Shown: in pieces, positions 1-12,989 of the stretch | How positions within the stretch are numbered: the stretch's first letter is position 1 | How the letters are laid out: every line of letters starts with the position of its first letter | Source of the DNA: Macrostomum lignano | Taxonomy: Eukaryota | Assembly (NCBI GenBank): GCA_002269645.1 | Contig: NIVC01001883.1 | Coordinates: 62,001-126,000, forward strand | DNA: 64,000 nt | Reading direction: 5' to 3' | Notes under the pieces: model-generated | The model's input: only the letters and a program-made list of their open reading frames with translations | Database searches by the model: none | What the model was told of the DNA's origin: nothing | Program-made: the position numbers and the translations under genes

Positions 1-888
1 TACATATTGTACACGTACAACAGTACATGTGTTTTTTTGCAGTCGATCAATCATTGCCCTTCGCAAGCCATATTTCATATCCTGGAAAAGCATATTGGAA
101 GATGGCTCATAATCGCGCGGGTTAGAAATACTGCAAGGTCTTGCAAAAACATTTAAGATTTGCCACCAGTAACTTTTCGATGCTTTTAGTTGGCCTCCTC
201 TCACAATTTTCACGATTCCGCTTTAGTGAAGCCCTCGATGGAATGATGAAAAAACACTGCAAAACACGATCAACACTTCAATTTGAAATGAAATTTTACG
301 AGTGAAAGTCCACGACTCGTCCACTACAAGTCGCGATCTTGTATGATAATCATGAGTATTTATGAATATTGTAAGAATTATCTACAATCATTCTCAGTTG
401 ACATCAGGCATCGATGATTTTTGTCACAATGCCAGCTTGTAAGTCCTATCAAAATTAAGAATTTGTACTTCAATTTTCGGCGGCTACGAGATTTATTTTT
501 GCGCGAAGGAAAATGGGGACAGGCCACCTAAAAATATTATAAATTCAGTGCTGAAACTGAAATCACTCGAATTAACTCAGTGCTGAGGGTATAGTTTCAA
601 TATATTTGAAACTTCTAGACAAAAAACTGAATTACAAATTACAAGAGTCCACTGGAGTTGCTTGCTGCAAGCATGTTCGAAAACGATAAGTAGCTGTTAA
701 AAACAGCTGCATTGCTGCTCTTCAGGGTTCCTCCTCCATCAGCATGTCGAATCTCACTTCTGCAAGGTAAATCAAAATAATAAGCACACAAGTAAAAGAC
801 CTCTTAGAAAAAAGACCAGTTATGATCAAGACCAAAATATTGGCGAGAAAAGCCGCCTGCAGACCGCACTGCATTCTCAGTTTACGAA

Positions 889-1358
889 TAGGGATCGCAA
901 TCGAATCCCAGGATAAATTTTTGCGTTTTTTACAAAGTGTTATAAAATGAACAAATTGGGCCCAAAACTACGCTCGTAGTTCATTATTTATACTGCGCTA
1001 ATCTCCGTAGTTGTCTCACATCGTGTGGTGTTTTTTTCAACCCGAGTGACAACTAAAAGTCTGTTAGAATTTTCGTTTTCGCTTTTCAAATTACGAGTAC
1101 TTAATGGCTACACTTGGTATTGGTTGGTAGTTGCTAGTTGCTAGATTTGATGCTGTATGAGAGTGAGAGTAGATAGTCTCAACAGAGTCAATTTAGAGCT
1201 TTAGAAACTTTAACAAAATCTTTTACACTTTTTCTACTCTACTATCAACATTCGACATACAGTACACAATACACACATGTATCTCGCATTACATACAAGC
1301 TTAAAAATCAGTGTTTTTCTGATTACGGAATCGCAAAAACGGGATTTTGCGATCCCTA
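889..1358. mobile_element. hAT-type non-autonomous MITE (470 bp)
   Basis: TIR TAGGGATCGCAA (889-900) and TTGCGATCCCTA (1347-1358); perfect 8-bp TSD TTTACGAA at 881-888 and 1359-1366; no coding capacity. Confidence 0.8.
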
Positions 1359-1661
1359 TTTACGAATTGAATCATTCAAGCCAATCTTGCGAATATAATA
1401 TTGCTAGCAAAAGAAAATTTAAACTTCTAAATGTATTGATCGTATAGGGCTCTGTGGTCTGTGGAGAGAAAGCATTGCGTGTTCACCAAACCAATCAGAC
1501 AGAAGCAAACGGCAGCACCCGCACAGCACAGACCAATAAGTATAGCTAGACTGCGCATCCAGCATTGCTTGCCTTGGACTCGTTTTTTTGACAAAATGAC
1601 AAAGCAAAAAATGGTCCTCTGTACCCCAGCCCAAAACGATCGATATTTATGGCCTGGGGAA

Positions 1662-2237
1662 GGGGGGTTTCGATCACAAACTCGAAATTTCACAACGTCG
1701 AAAGCACCTTTCACTAAATCGAAATTTCACAAGGTCGAAATTTCAGAACATCGAAAACTCAAATAGCAACCACTTTCACAAGGTCGAAACTTCACAAGGT
1801 CGAAACTTCACAAGGTCGAAACTTCACAAGGTCGAAACTTCACAAGGTCGAAACTTCACAAGGTCGAAACTTCACAAGGTCGAAACTTCACAACATTGAA
1901 AACTTTAGCAAGGGACTTCATCGAAAACTCAAATAGCAGCCACTTTCACAAGGTCGAAACTTCACAAGGTCGAAACTTCACAAGGTCGAAACTTCACAAC
2001 ATTGAAAACTTTAGCAAGGGACTTCATAAGGTCGAAATTTCACAAGGTCGAAAACTACTGTATGGTTCTTGTTATATTAATTTTTCGATGTTGTGAAATT
2101 TCGACCTTATGAAGTCTTCTGCTAGAGTTTTCGATGTTGTGAAATTTCGACCTTATGAAGTCTTATGCTAGAGTTTTCGATGTTGTGAAATTTCGACTTT
2201 GTGAAATAATTTACTTTTCGACGTTGTGAAAGCACCC
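1662..2237. mobile_element. Foldback/MULE-like non-autonomous element built of 16-bp tandem units
   Basis: Tandem TTCACAAGGTCGAAAC units on + (about 1720-2050) and inverted related units (about 2080-2230); G-run and C-run ends; flanking direct repeat CCTGGGGAA at 1653-1661 and 2238-2246. Confidence 0.68.
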
Positions 2238-2393
2238 CCTGGGGAAGACTGGCCCTTCTTCAGCTGTCTGCGCTCTGCCTTTTTCTAAATTAACATGTAT
2301 ATTATTGCGGCTTGGGGACCACAATAGCAATGCTATACTAACTTTAAACAGCTAAGCAAAGTTATTAAAAAATTAATAATTGCTCAAAACGAA

Positions 2394-2789
2394 ATGGAAG
2401 AACAACCTGAATCTTCTAAATTGCCGAGGAAAAGAAGGGAAATCACAGCAGCTTTTGCTGCGCTGCTGGCTGCTCGAACAACTCAGCAATGTCTTTGATA
2501 CTCAGGAGTGTCCTTTCATACTTTTGCAAAGGACAAGAAAATAAGGAAAAAGTGGCTGATAGCGCTGAGAAGAAAAGATTTTGAGCCATCGCCATCCACG
2601 CAAGTCTGCTCAATGCATTTTGAGGAATCTTGCTTCAAAGAGCAATTTGCAGGCTTTCTGCCTAGCGTCAAAAGACGGCTATCCAAATGCCGTTCCTTCC
2701 ATCTTCCTGGCGTTCCCTGACCATCTGCAGCTGAAAGCTGAAAAGAAACGGAAGACTGCCAACACGGCCACAGCTCGCGAAGTTGATTT
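2394..2789 (+). pseudogene. THAP zinc-finger N-terminus of a P-element-like transposase, frameshifted
   Basis: CCAAGCSNN ... SFHTF ... RKKWLIAL ... VCSMHF ... AVPSIF across three frames gives the C2CH THAP signature plus the AVP box. Confidence 0.72.
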
Positions 2790-4120
2790 CGCTGCTGTGC
2801 CGTTCCATACTTTGTCCTGGTTCGCGGAGTAGTATGTCAGAGCACCTGAAGTTGACTCAGAAAATACAGCCAGTGAAAGTTTTGGAGACGTCTTCTGGAT
2901 GCTCTTGGGATCCATGACGCTAGAGTTGAGCTTTGGGGCCAGCTTCAATGGCTTCGTTTTCTCCAGTTCGAATAGCTGCCGGATGTGGCTGAAGTCGGCC
3001 ACGATGAAGGCTCCATTTTGCGTCAAGTTTTGTTGGCTGGCAAAGAACTTGGACTCGATATTAGGCACGTAGTTCCAGAATTATTCTCTTTTGGAAATTA
3101 TTATAGATGTTCTTAACCGTGTGGGTCGGATCGAACAGCAGGATTACGTTCAGCATGATAAGGATGAGGAATCGATGCTTGAAGATTGCCACCACAAAGC
3201 TTGTGAGTGAAAAACGCTCGATTTGCAGGGTGATTGTCGACTAGAATGGTGACTACGTTCAAATTAGTGCGCTGAAGCGTTTCCATAACGCTATTATAGT
3301 GTTCAAACAAAACTTCTGCTGTCAGCTTGCTTAATGGAAATAGCGCAACAACGTCACGAAACTTGCCAGCGATGGATTTGACCATGAAACAAAGCAACGT
3401 AGACGCTGTAGTATCCTGCTGCATTCCAACAATCGTTCCGTTAGAGTATTGGATTATTCTGTTGAGATGAATTTCGTCAATGATAAGGTTCACGTTGGAC
3501 TCCATTATTGAGAGATCTTGAGTCCGTAGGTGTAAGTATCGCTCATCAGAGACACCAGAGGTAACTGACAGCGGGCTGGATATCGCTGTTAGCCGCCTTA
3601 CTGATGGGAGAATCAGCACCTCGTGTTCTAACAAAGCCTGATAGCATGCTGTGCTCGCAGACTTAAGAACCATTGCAAACACAATCAAGTCAGGTGAGTA
3701 CCGTAGAGACGACTTGTTTATCGCGCAGGACAGCTTCAGCTGCTCCACGATAAACTGAACTCTTTGACAAAGCGGCTCGGTGGATTCCTCACATTCTTCT
3801 ATCCATCGCTGGAGGCAGGCAACGGCGTCTTCAATTAATTGCGTTCTTTCTCTGCTGCTGCTGATTTGTGTTGCCAACGACTTTATTTGGGCCAGCATGT
3901 TCTGAACCTGGGAAAAGAGGCGGACCTTGCCGCCGTCCAAGAATTGTTGCAGTCTGTTTTGGGGCAGTGATAAGCCCATTCACGCTCACGGCTACTGTCA
4001 TGTCACCGTGAACCTGTAGGGAGCAAAGCAGCATGGGCACGGTTCCGTATTTCACGTGAACAATGCAGAATGTAGTGATTTCGGCACTAGTCACTAATGC
4101 GGGTAAGTTGGAGGCGCAAC
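2790..4120 (-). pseudogene. P-element/THAP9-like transposase core fragment
   Basis: ORFs 3831-4151, 3113-3979 and 2679-3068: RYSPDLIVFAMVLKSAS..LILPSVRRL, LIIDEIHL, ILVDNHPANRAFF, KTSPKLSLAVFS; truncated at both ends. Confidence 0.78.
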
Positions 4121-4124
4121 TTGC

Positions 4125-7045
4125 GAGTCTCCCCTGCCCGGACTCTGGCACAGCAGACTGGCTAGTAAAACAGTTTAAGCTTGATCAGAAAAATCTATCG
4201 AGAGATCAGCAGAGAACCACATTCAAGCTGCTCAATCACTTTCTGGGACAGATCTCGAAGAACGACACAAACTTAGGGAAAACGCATCTTCACGAGATGG
4301 CGATTGAGTTGCAGGACCCAGCGTGCCGTCCCATCTCACAGCCTTCAAAAAGAGCGACGCCTGCTCAGAAAGAATTTATTGACAAGCATATTCAGCAGCT
4401 GATTAACCAAGAGGTCATCGAAGAGTGTGAATCTGAATGGGCATCACCTATTGTGTTAGTTAGGAAAAAGGATGGCTCACAACGCCTCTGCATTGATTAC
4501 CGTCAGGTAAACAAGTTGATTAAGCCTTGTAGTTTCCCCCCTGCCGTTAGTAGACGAATCATTCGACAGTCTTGCTGGATCAAAAGTCTTCTCGAGTTTG
4601 GATCTAACTTCAGCATATTGGCAAGTTGGCATTAGAGAACAGAATCGGGACATAACGGCTCTTTTCTGCCCCCAAGGATTGTTTCGTTGGAAGGTCGTGC
4701 CGTTCGGCATCAAAACGGCACCAGCAAACTTCGCTAAGCTGATGCACAAAGTCTTTCAACCGCTTCTTATGCGCGTGAGTTTGATCTACCTGGACGACAT
4801 TATTGTTAAGGCAAAAGACAACGCGGAAATGATCGTGCACCTAGCTATGGTTCTTTGGCAGTTCAAAAAAGCGAATCCCAAAATAAAAGCGTCAAAGTGC
4901 GAGCTTTTTAAAGACCGAGTCCGTTTCCTAGGTTTAATTGTTTCAGCAAAAGGCATTGAAGCGGACCCCGCTAAGGTTGAAGCGGTTCGAAACTGGTGTA
5001 AGCCAAACGACAAACAGCAGCTGCTTGCGTTTCTGGGGTTCCAAATTAATACAGGAAATTCGTCCCCAGGTTCTCAATCATTGCGGCTCCGCTCTATGCG
5101 CTCGCTAAGGACTCAGCAAACATCTGTCGGCTTGAAACTGATGACAAAGCATTCGAAGAGTTAAAGGCGAGCCTTTGCGCTCCCCCCGTCCTAGCCTATC
5201 CTGACCTCAGCTCAACGGCTGGACTTTTCATATTAAACTGCGATTCATCGCTCGAAGTTATAGGTGGCGTGCTCTCCCAAGAAGGTCCGGATGGACAGGA
5301 ACACGTCGTGGCTTACGCTTCGAAGAAGTTTAGCCAGGCTCAGCGCAACTACTGCGCCACCATGCGTGAGCTACTGGGACTTATCATCATGCTTGAACAT
5401 TTTCGAACATACCTTCTGGACCGCAGGTTCCTGGTGCGCTCAGATGCTGAAGCCTTGCAGTGGCTTTACACAAAAAAGCACACCAAAGGCATGTTGGCCC
5501 AGTGGCTTGCGACCATCGAAGTGTACAATTTTAAGATCAGTCAAACGCCTCTGGAGTGCCTCAATGAGTACGATTTTTCAATCCAGCATCGTGCTGGGGC
5601 CCATCACCTCAACGCTGATGTACTTAGTCGCAACCCGCGTTTCAGAGCAGATCACCATGACTGCCCAACTTGCAGCAAGATCCCGCGTTCCGGGAAAGCT
5701 TTGAGGCTGAGGAATGAAGTCAACCGTAGACAAGTCGTACAGCGGAAGGTAAAAAAGGCTGATACTTCGAGCCAGACGGAGTCTCTCAATGAACCGCCCG
5801 ATACTTCGCCATCGTCGTCCACACACTCTGATGAGATCAAGACAATGTCAGGTAGTACTCAGGCTCCGTGTTGTGTCCAGACGCAGACTCAAGAGTTCTC
5901 TGCGCGTGCACTGCACGTCGAATCAGTCTCATCCGACAGGCAAACAACTGCTTTGTCAGCATCGCCACAGGCTTGTGCTGATTCCAGTGACAGCGACACC
6001 ACACAGATCCAGGCGTCAGATGATTATGCTCAGAGACCAGAGAGTCGCAATTTGCCCAGGCAGTTGCCATCGAAGCAAACAGACAGCTCGGAAGACGAAG
6101 AACTGTCCGAAGCAGCTGAGAATCTTTGGGCCAGAGACGCCCAGGAGACGAGCGTTGATTTGCTGCGACTGATGGAAGCTGTCGAGGGTAAATCTCTAAG
6201 GCTGACTAAAGCAGAAATTCAGGATTGTAAGCCGAGAGGTATGCACACTGTGGGCATTGTTTGACGAACTTGAAATCGAAGATGGGCTGCTGTTCCGCGT
6301 CAAGCTCTCTAACCTGGGCGAACCGATTCGTCAGGTCATAATACCGGAGACAGCAGATATTGACGAGCTGGTTGCTGGCTATCACAAAGACATCAACCAC
6401 TGTTGTGTAAATAGGACAGCTCGAATTTTGAAACAGGGGTTCCAAAGAACGAATTTAGAAGTGAACGTAAAAGGTGTGATAGCCGAATGCGAGATCTGCA
6501 ACCGTACAAAAAAGCCAAGCGCAAAAATAAAGAACCATTACGACCTGTTCTCACGGGCTATTACGGGCTATCACGAATCAAGTTGTCCATGTGGACCATG
6601 AAGGCCCGTTTCCTGAACAAAATGGTCACCGCTACTTGTTCGTCATGGTAGACAACTTCTCTGGCTACGTAGAAATCGTGCCTGTACCAGATGTGACGGC
6701 GGAGACCACAGCCACTACCATCCTGACAGAGAGTGGGTCGTAGGATACGGTACCATGGATCAGTTGGTTTCCGACAACGGCACGGCGTTCATAAATAAGA
6801 CCGTAGCTGAAACTCGCTAGGCTCCTGGAAATTAACATGACACGAATCACAGCTTGCCGGCAACAGGCTAATGGTAAGTAGAAAGAACAATCCAGACGAT
6901 AAAGTCAGTGATTCGTGCTGTACGAGTATGCCTGGAGAGACAAGTAATTTGGCCTTTCGCTGCTCGTTGGGCAGGCCTTTCTATCAGATCAACCATAGCT
7001 GAGTCGAAGGGCTGGTCTCCGGCAAAATCACCGCTACCATTGTCC
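4125..7045 (+). mobile_element. Ty3/Gypsy LTR-retrotransposon pol fragment (RT-RNaseH-integrase), frameshifted, no LTR seen
   Basis: SEWASPIVLVRKKDGSQRLCIDYR; IYLDDIIV; RNase H CDSS..VAYAS..YCATMRELL..HLNADVLSR; integrase Zn finger H..NH..CEIC; rve VHVDHEGP, VSDNGTAF, QANG.VERTIQTIK. Confidence 0.92.
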
Positions 7046-8268
7046 CAATTGAACAATTCATTATTTTTTCGTCACAGTGCAACACAAATTTAGGCTATCG
7101 AGACTTTTTCATGTTCGTGCGAGTCTGCAAAAACAAAAAGCAATGTCCGGATTTCATTCATTTTAGTTAGACTCGGTTAGTCACTCCCAGTCTGCTTCAG
7201 ATTTTTGGTTTGCCGCGAATCTGTACTTTCATTTTGCCAGGCTCGCTTAGTCGCAGCTGAGGATCGCAATCCCGCGGATTTTTTTTGTTTTTTTTTCAAA
7301 ACGTGTCGTAAAATGCTGTAATTTTTTAATTATACTGCTGTAGCAAGGATTTCTCTATAACAAGAAGTTTCTAGTAGCGGCTGTTAACGACTGAAGCAGT
7401 AGGGCTCGTCAACATTGTACCATGCAGCAGACAGATATGGCCAGACCAGCTCATAGTCCACATTTCTATCTAAGTAAATAGGTGAAGGCAGGTGAAAATG
7501 AAAGTCACTAGGAGAACCTTTAGCATGCTGACTGTTGAGAGGCATTTCTCATTATCGGAAACGAAATCCTATTCACAGTCCTATAATTTCATACTTTTCT
7601 TAAAGCAGCTTTATAATTTCTGTAAGCTGTAGTAACTGTCAAAATAATTAAGTTGTACTCCATGCTGTTGAAACAGGTGAGTTTCAAGTTGCTGATTAAT
7701 AAATTTAGAAACGTTAATTTCTACTTAAGACCAGAACTTTCGCATGCACCGAGTAAATTCCTTTTTGCACTGCTATTTGGATTTGTACATTGTGAGAGGT
7801 TGGACTTGGTATAGAAGCCTAGTGTGACAACTGTGAAATTTTTTCTTGTAAATGAATATTTTAGAGGGTGAGGACCCCGAGCGAATTGAATTAGGTTTGG
7901 AGAATGCGTATTGAAAATGGATAATGGGAGGATTGAGCAAGTAGTGAGTATCCATAATGTATATATTAGTATGTTGGTATTTTCGGGGATAAGATCATGA
8001 CGTAAATTTTGCGACTTTTGGAGACCAGCAGATAGTTCAGAAAGCTGCCTTTATATAATCCTACTATTCCTAAGTCAACCCCTTTTATCGATTTCTTCGA
8101 GAATAATCAATATGCGAGCCCGTAGAAACAATGGCATAATGAAGGAAGTGAAAAAAGTTGTCTGAAAAGCCTCATGCCTACTACTATAATCCTAAGTCAA
8201 ATTTCTCATTCTCACAACAGTATTTACTGTTGCTGTGTGTGTGTGTGTCGTTCGGAAAAAGCCGTCCT

Positions 8269-11200
8269 TCAGGCTAGCCATTCAGGGTGACTAGCCCTCA
8301 GGAAGCGTAGTGTCACCAACTCGTCGTGCAAGTTACTCGTGCCATTGAGGCCACACGTGATGCGGATCCAATCCCACTTCGCGCATTCAAACCAATGGTC
8401 CTTGTCGCTAGGCGCGCCGAACTCTGTACAGGTTGTCATTCGCTCCTTGTTGATCTTGTTTTTCCAGTAATCGGTGTATCTACAGTGCCCTGTCCTGAGT
8501 TGGGCCAGGATGGCGGCCTCCCTTCTGGACGTGGCGGACCTGATGATCGGGTGGTTATATACGGATTTCAATCTCTGGTCGTTAGTAGTGAGGGTCTCTT
8601 TTTCGCGTATTTCTCTATTTTGGGGTGTGTTCTTCTATCACGTCCATGGCTAGGTGTAAAGCTTTTCTTTCAGCCACGAGCGAGCTGCAAAGCGCTCCAG
8701 CGGCTGCAGTCCTCGCGATGGTAAGTTCGTTGCTGTAAGCTATACAAGCTGCACCGCCGTTTCTACCTTCACCGCTGACCGAGACATCAGTGTGAATTTT
8801 AAATTCGGCGTTGACGGCCTCCTTAATAGCCTTCCTCGCGGCCTCGGCGAGATCTGTGTCTCCCTTTTTGGCCTCCTGGGAGCTCATGGAAAATCTTGAT
8901 TCTGTCCGCCTGAAATCTTTTCCACGGTGGGTGTCTTTTAATTGCAAACTCTTCTCTTGGTGCGTTGCAGATCATGAGGCAGAGTTCTCTAGTTTGGTCT
9001 CTCCATCCCCTGTTGGCTCTGAGTCTGCGGTTTCCATGCTGCTCCCACATTTTCTTCTAGGGTTCCAGGGTGGGTCTCTAGCCGCTTTTTCCCACTCCAT
9101 CATGCTCTTGATTCTCGCAGAGCTGGTGATAGGTAGGATTCCCGTTTCCAGATATACGGCATCGATCGGGGTAGACTTCATCAGGCCCGCAGTACTTCTG
9201 AGACACTCTCTTTGGGCTCGTTCTAACTTATCGAAGTTGGACTTTGCTATCCAAGGTAGCCAGGCAGCTTCGCAGTACCAGACACAGCTTTCGACGATAG
9301 ATTTATAGACTTTGATCAATTCTTCTTTATTCCATCCCCAATCAGTAGTAGCAAGCACTTTGATCACTCTGCTGCGTTTCCTCATTTTTTCGATGATCTT
9401 ATCAGTGTGGTCTTGAAAGTGGAGGCCGCTGTCAATAGTGATTCCCAGATATTTGAGTGCTCTTCTGGTTTCGATGGGCCTGTTGTTGATGGTGAGTCCG
9501 AGTCTAAGCGTAGCGTCATGAGGTGACCTGCTGTACAGGCACGCCTCGTACAATCTTCAACTTTTTGGCCTAGCTATAGGTTTTGTCTAAAGCGTTCTGG
9601 ATTCTATAGTTTTGACTTCTTCGATCCTCTCCCCGCTGGTCCATATCGCTAGGTCATCTGCAAAGCCTCCGTACTCAACTCCTTCGGTCTCTTTGCCGTT
9701 CCAGTCGTTGACGTACAGGAGGTAGAGAATCGGCGCGCACACTGAGCCTTGAGGGAGACCTTGGTGGAAACGTCGGTATTTACTAATCCGTCTCCAATGC
9801 GGACTCTAGACTGGCGGCCTTCAAGGAAACTGGAGAACCAACGGGTGAGGTGTACAGGAACTCTTTCGTCCATCAGTCTTTCCACCAGTTTGACCCTACA
9901 AACCATTTCGTAGGCCTTGGAGCAGTCCAGGGTCACTGCCAGGGTCTTCTTTGGTTTACGTAATTACCATCCCTCTTGGATGTTCTGCACCAGTCTAAGA
10001 ACTTGCTCCTCCGTGCTTCTACCTCGTTGAAAGCCGGCTTGCCATGGGCGGATCACCCGGTCTTCTTCCATCCAGTACATGAGTCTGTTGCCTGTTGGTA
10101 ACCATACGTTTCATGATCTTAGCGCAGACTGGAGTCAAGATGATCGGTCGGTATGAGTCCCTCTGCATGGGGTCCTTGCCTAGGTATCGGAATGATTTCC
10201 GCTTTCTTTCAAAGTCTCGGGCATAAGTATTCTTCCCAGCTTCGATTGAAAAGACCTAGCCATCTCATTCTCCTTTGGTAGAAAGGTTTTGCATAAATCA
10301 CACTTCCACTCCGTCGACTCCGCCCTTCTTTTCCGGGGCCATGTTTTTGATGGCGTCGATGAGTTCTTCGTCGCAGAAGGGGATCCCGAATTCCGGGGCC
10401 TCCTCATAGATGGTGAGCCTTCTGGCCACTCTGGCCCTTTGATTCCGGTCTTCTTTTTCCATGTTGACCTATTGTTATTAGCGTAGAGGTCTGCGAAGAG
10501 CGTGGCTTTCTCGCGGTCCGTCCAGGCGGTTTTGTGGTCCGCATTGATGTTTTGGTTGAGTGCGTTTTGCGCTCCTCCAGAGTACAGAGATTTGATGGTG
10601 GCCCATGTTTTCCTACCATCGTCCGCTTCCTCCAGGCTTTCAACATGTTCCCTCCAAAACTCTTGCTTTTTGTTTAGTTTTTTCAATAAGTTTTTGGTTC
10701 TGTGAACACCATCTTTCTCTAACTCTCCGGCGAATCTCTGGGTTCTTTGTCTCTGGTTTTCTGTATCTCTGAAAGTTCCTCGTCCCAGAAGGGTTTGTAC
10801 TTGGGACCGGACTTCCTCTTACTAATGCTCGCTTCCGCCGCCTTGATCAGTGCCTCTCCCAGGGCTTTGGCCTCTTGGCTAACCGAGTTAACAGGAATAT
10901 CATCCGCTAGCTCATCGAACGCGGTCTGGAAAGCGGTCCAATCAGCTTTTTTCCAGGCCCACGCGTGGCGGGCTCGGGATTCCCTAACCTCTCTATCCGT
11001 GTTAATCTCAATAATAATCGGGTAATGGTCAGATCCGAGTCCGTTGACCGTCTTCCAAGAGCTTCTCTGCCCGAGATCTCCAGCTGCAAGGAATATATCC
11101 GGGACACTAGTGCGGCCAGTCCTCCAGTCGGTTCTGGTTGGTGAGCCGTCATTCAGTATGTTGTATCCGTACTCGCTGCACCAGTCAATCAGTTCTCGTG

Positions 11201-11981
11201 CCTCCCTTCTGCTCTCGCGGCCCTGGTCGTCGTCGCTGCCCCAATCGGCTGCATGTAGGTTGAGATCTCCTAGTACCAGCTCTCTTCTATCGGATTTCAT
11301 TCAGCTCCAGATGCTGTCCTCCTCGCGGTCATCCACGTTGGTTATCATGACTTTCTCTTTTCTGCTAGCATCGACCAGGACCCGTACGCCCTCAGTAGTG
11401 GTTCCTTTCCAGCTGTTCCAACGTCTGAAGGAGATGTTGTGCCGGATCAAGGTGAGGAGTCCTCCCCCTTTCGAGTGGTCGCTGCGGCGGATTTCCAAAC
11501 GGTCTTTCCGGATCGTAGTGAAGCCGCTAAAGCGGGGGTTGTACTCCGCGCTTCGAGTTTCGATTCCTGAATGACTGCGACATCGATATTTTGGTCGTGG
11601 AGGAATGCTTCGAGTTCAGCTCTTTTGGTTCCGATCCCGTCAGCGTTCCATTGGAGAATTCTGATGGTTTTAGTTTTGGTTTGTTTCCAACTTTCTTTCT
11701 TTCCTGTCGTAGTGTCTTCGGTCTCATGCTCCTCCCTTTCCTTCTTGATAGTATTTAGGCGTTCGAGACAGTCGCCGCAAGTCCACAGGCCTTTCTTCAC
11801 TTCGGTTTCTAGTTGCTTTCTGCTGGCCTGGGTGCATTTCTTATGATACATTCCATCGCACCGTCTACATTTGGATATCGTGGGCGAGACTCTAATGGCT
11901 TTCCCGCAACCTACTCTCCTGCATTTGGTTCCAGCGTTAGTCTCTCTCACCAGCTGTTCTCTACGATTCTTAAATTCTTCT
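8269..11981 (-). pseudogene. LINE ORF 3' portion: PHD2, AP endonuclease, RT, RNase H, C-terminal cysteine motif (many frameshifts/stops)
   Basis: CRRVGCGK..CRRCDGMYHKKC..WTCGDC; ILQWNADG..IQESKL; LGDLNLH..GSDHYPI; TLDCSKAY; GFADDL; IHTDVS..SSLVAERKAL; QLRTGHC. Confidence 0.87.
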
Positions 11982-12476
11982 AGTAGAATGCATGAGGGGG
12001 CTTCTGGGACAAAATTTGTAACGTCCACCATAATCCCATTAAATCCATTCATATTATCCCTGATAGAATCAGAAAAAAGGGGGGTCGCACTCGCTCACAA
12101 AACGTCCTCCATAATCCCATTAAATCCATCCATATTATCCCCGACAGAATCAGAAAAAAAAGAGTGGGTCGCACTTGCTCCGAAAACTTCGGAGTAACAT
12201 GGAGTATGGAGTAACATACGTAAAAGATTACGACAGCTACTATAACTTTGCAGAAATCATTAGGCAATTGTAGAATGTCGTTACAATACGCTATAAGACT
12301 TTTAGACTGCATTAATAGATATTTTTACGCATGGTATTTTGCTGTGTGGCGGGTGGGTGATAGCGGAATGGGTATGGCAGCTGTTTCTTGTCATAGCGCG
12401 AGCGGTGTGTGCAGCATAGAGAAAAAAGCTTTCCCAGCTCAAGCCTTAACTAGCTCAAAGGATCCCTTGCCTAGCT

Positions 12477-12961
12477 TCAGAAACGCCCATTTAGTTCCTT
12501 GTTTAAACCCCCAGCCTTCTCAACCCCCAGCTCTTTCAGCAGTCTTCCTAGTTCTTTACTTGGCGCATGCAATAAAAAGCCCACCCCTTCTCCCAAACAG
12601 CCGCCAAGCCCCAATCCCAACTTTGTCTTACCAAAAATAACAGCTTTAACTAGCTTCCGAGCGATCGATTCCCTCCACCCGCTTGAAGTCCCCATATTGT
12701 CTAATCTCCTAAGCATTTCTTTATCCCAGCGATTCTTCTCCTCAGGATAATCCTTATACTTTTTGTCGTGCCACATGCAGACAGAGTCTAGCTCATTCAC
12801 AGGCTCATGCCCAGGATTTGGATTATTGTTTTTATCTAACTGTTTTTAAGTGGATTCGAAGGCCCGCAATATTTGTAGCCGGGAATTGTCCAGCCTTTGT
12901 TTGGATGAGGAAGCTTTTCAATTAATCCATGTGAATCTAAGTTACCACCATAGCGTTGCAT
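12477..12961 (-). CDS. Parvovirus-type phospholipase A2 (PLA2X-like), one frameshift in an A5 run near 12845
   Basis: ATG 12961: MQRYGGNLDSHGLIEKLPHPNKGWTIPGYKYCGPSNPLK / QLDKNNNPNPGHEPVNELDSVCMWHDKKY..RWDKEML..KTKLGLGL; Ca-loop-like GYKYCGP and catalytic HD. Confidence 0.82.
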
Positions 12962-12989
12962 TATTTATTTAAAATTTTCTTTTTAAAAA

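Noticed and set aside
5640-6260. Long Ser/Thr-rich linker between Gypsy RNase H and integrase as a captured domain
   Set aside because: It follows the NADVLSR..CxxC motif, after which variable low-complexity linkers are common in Gypsy elements; no recognisable domain.
11447-12052. ORF-track N-terminus MNGFNGIMVDVTNFVPEAPSCILL fused to a PHD finger
   Set aside because: Read-through from the mini-Polinton TIR into the LINE; the true upstream sequence is at 15270-15526.
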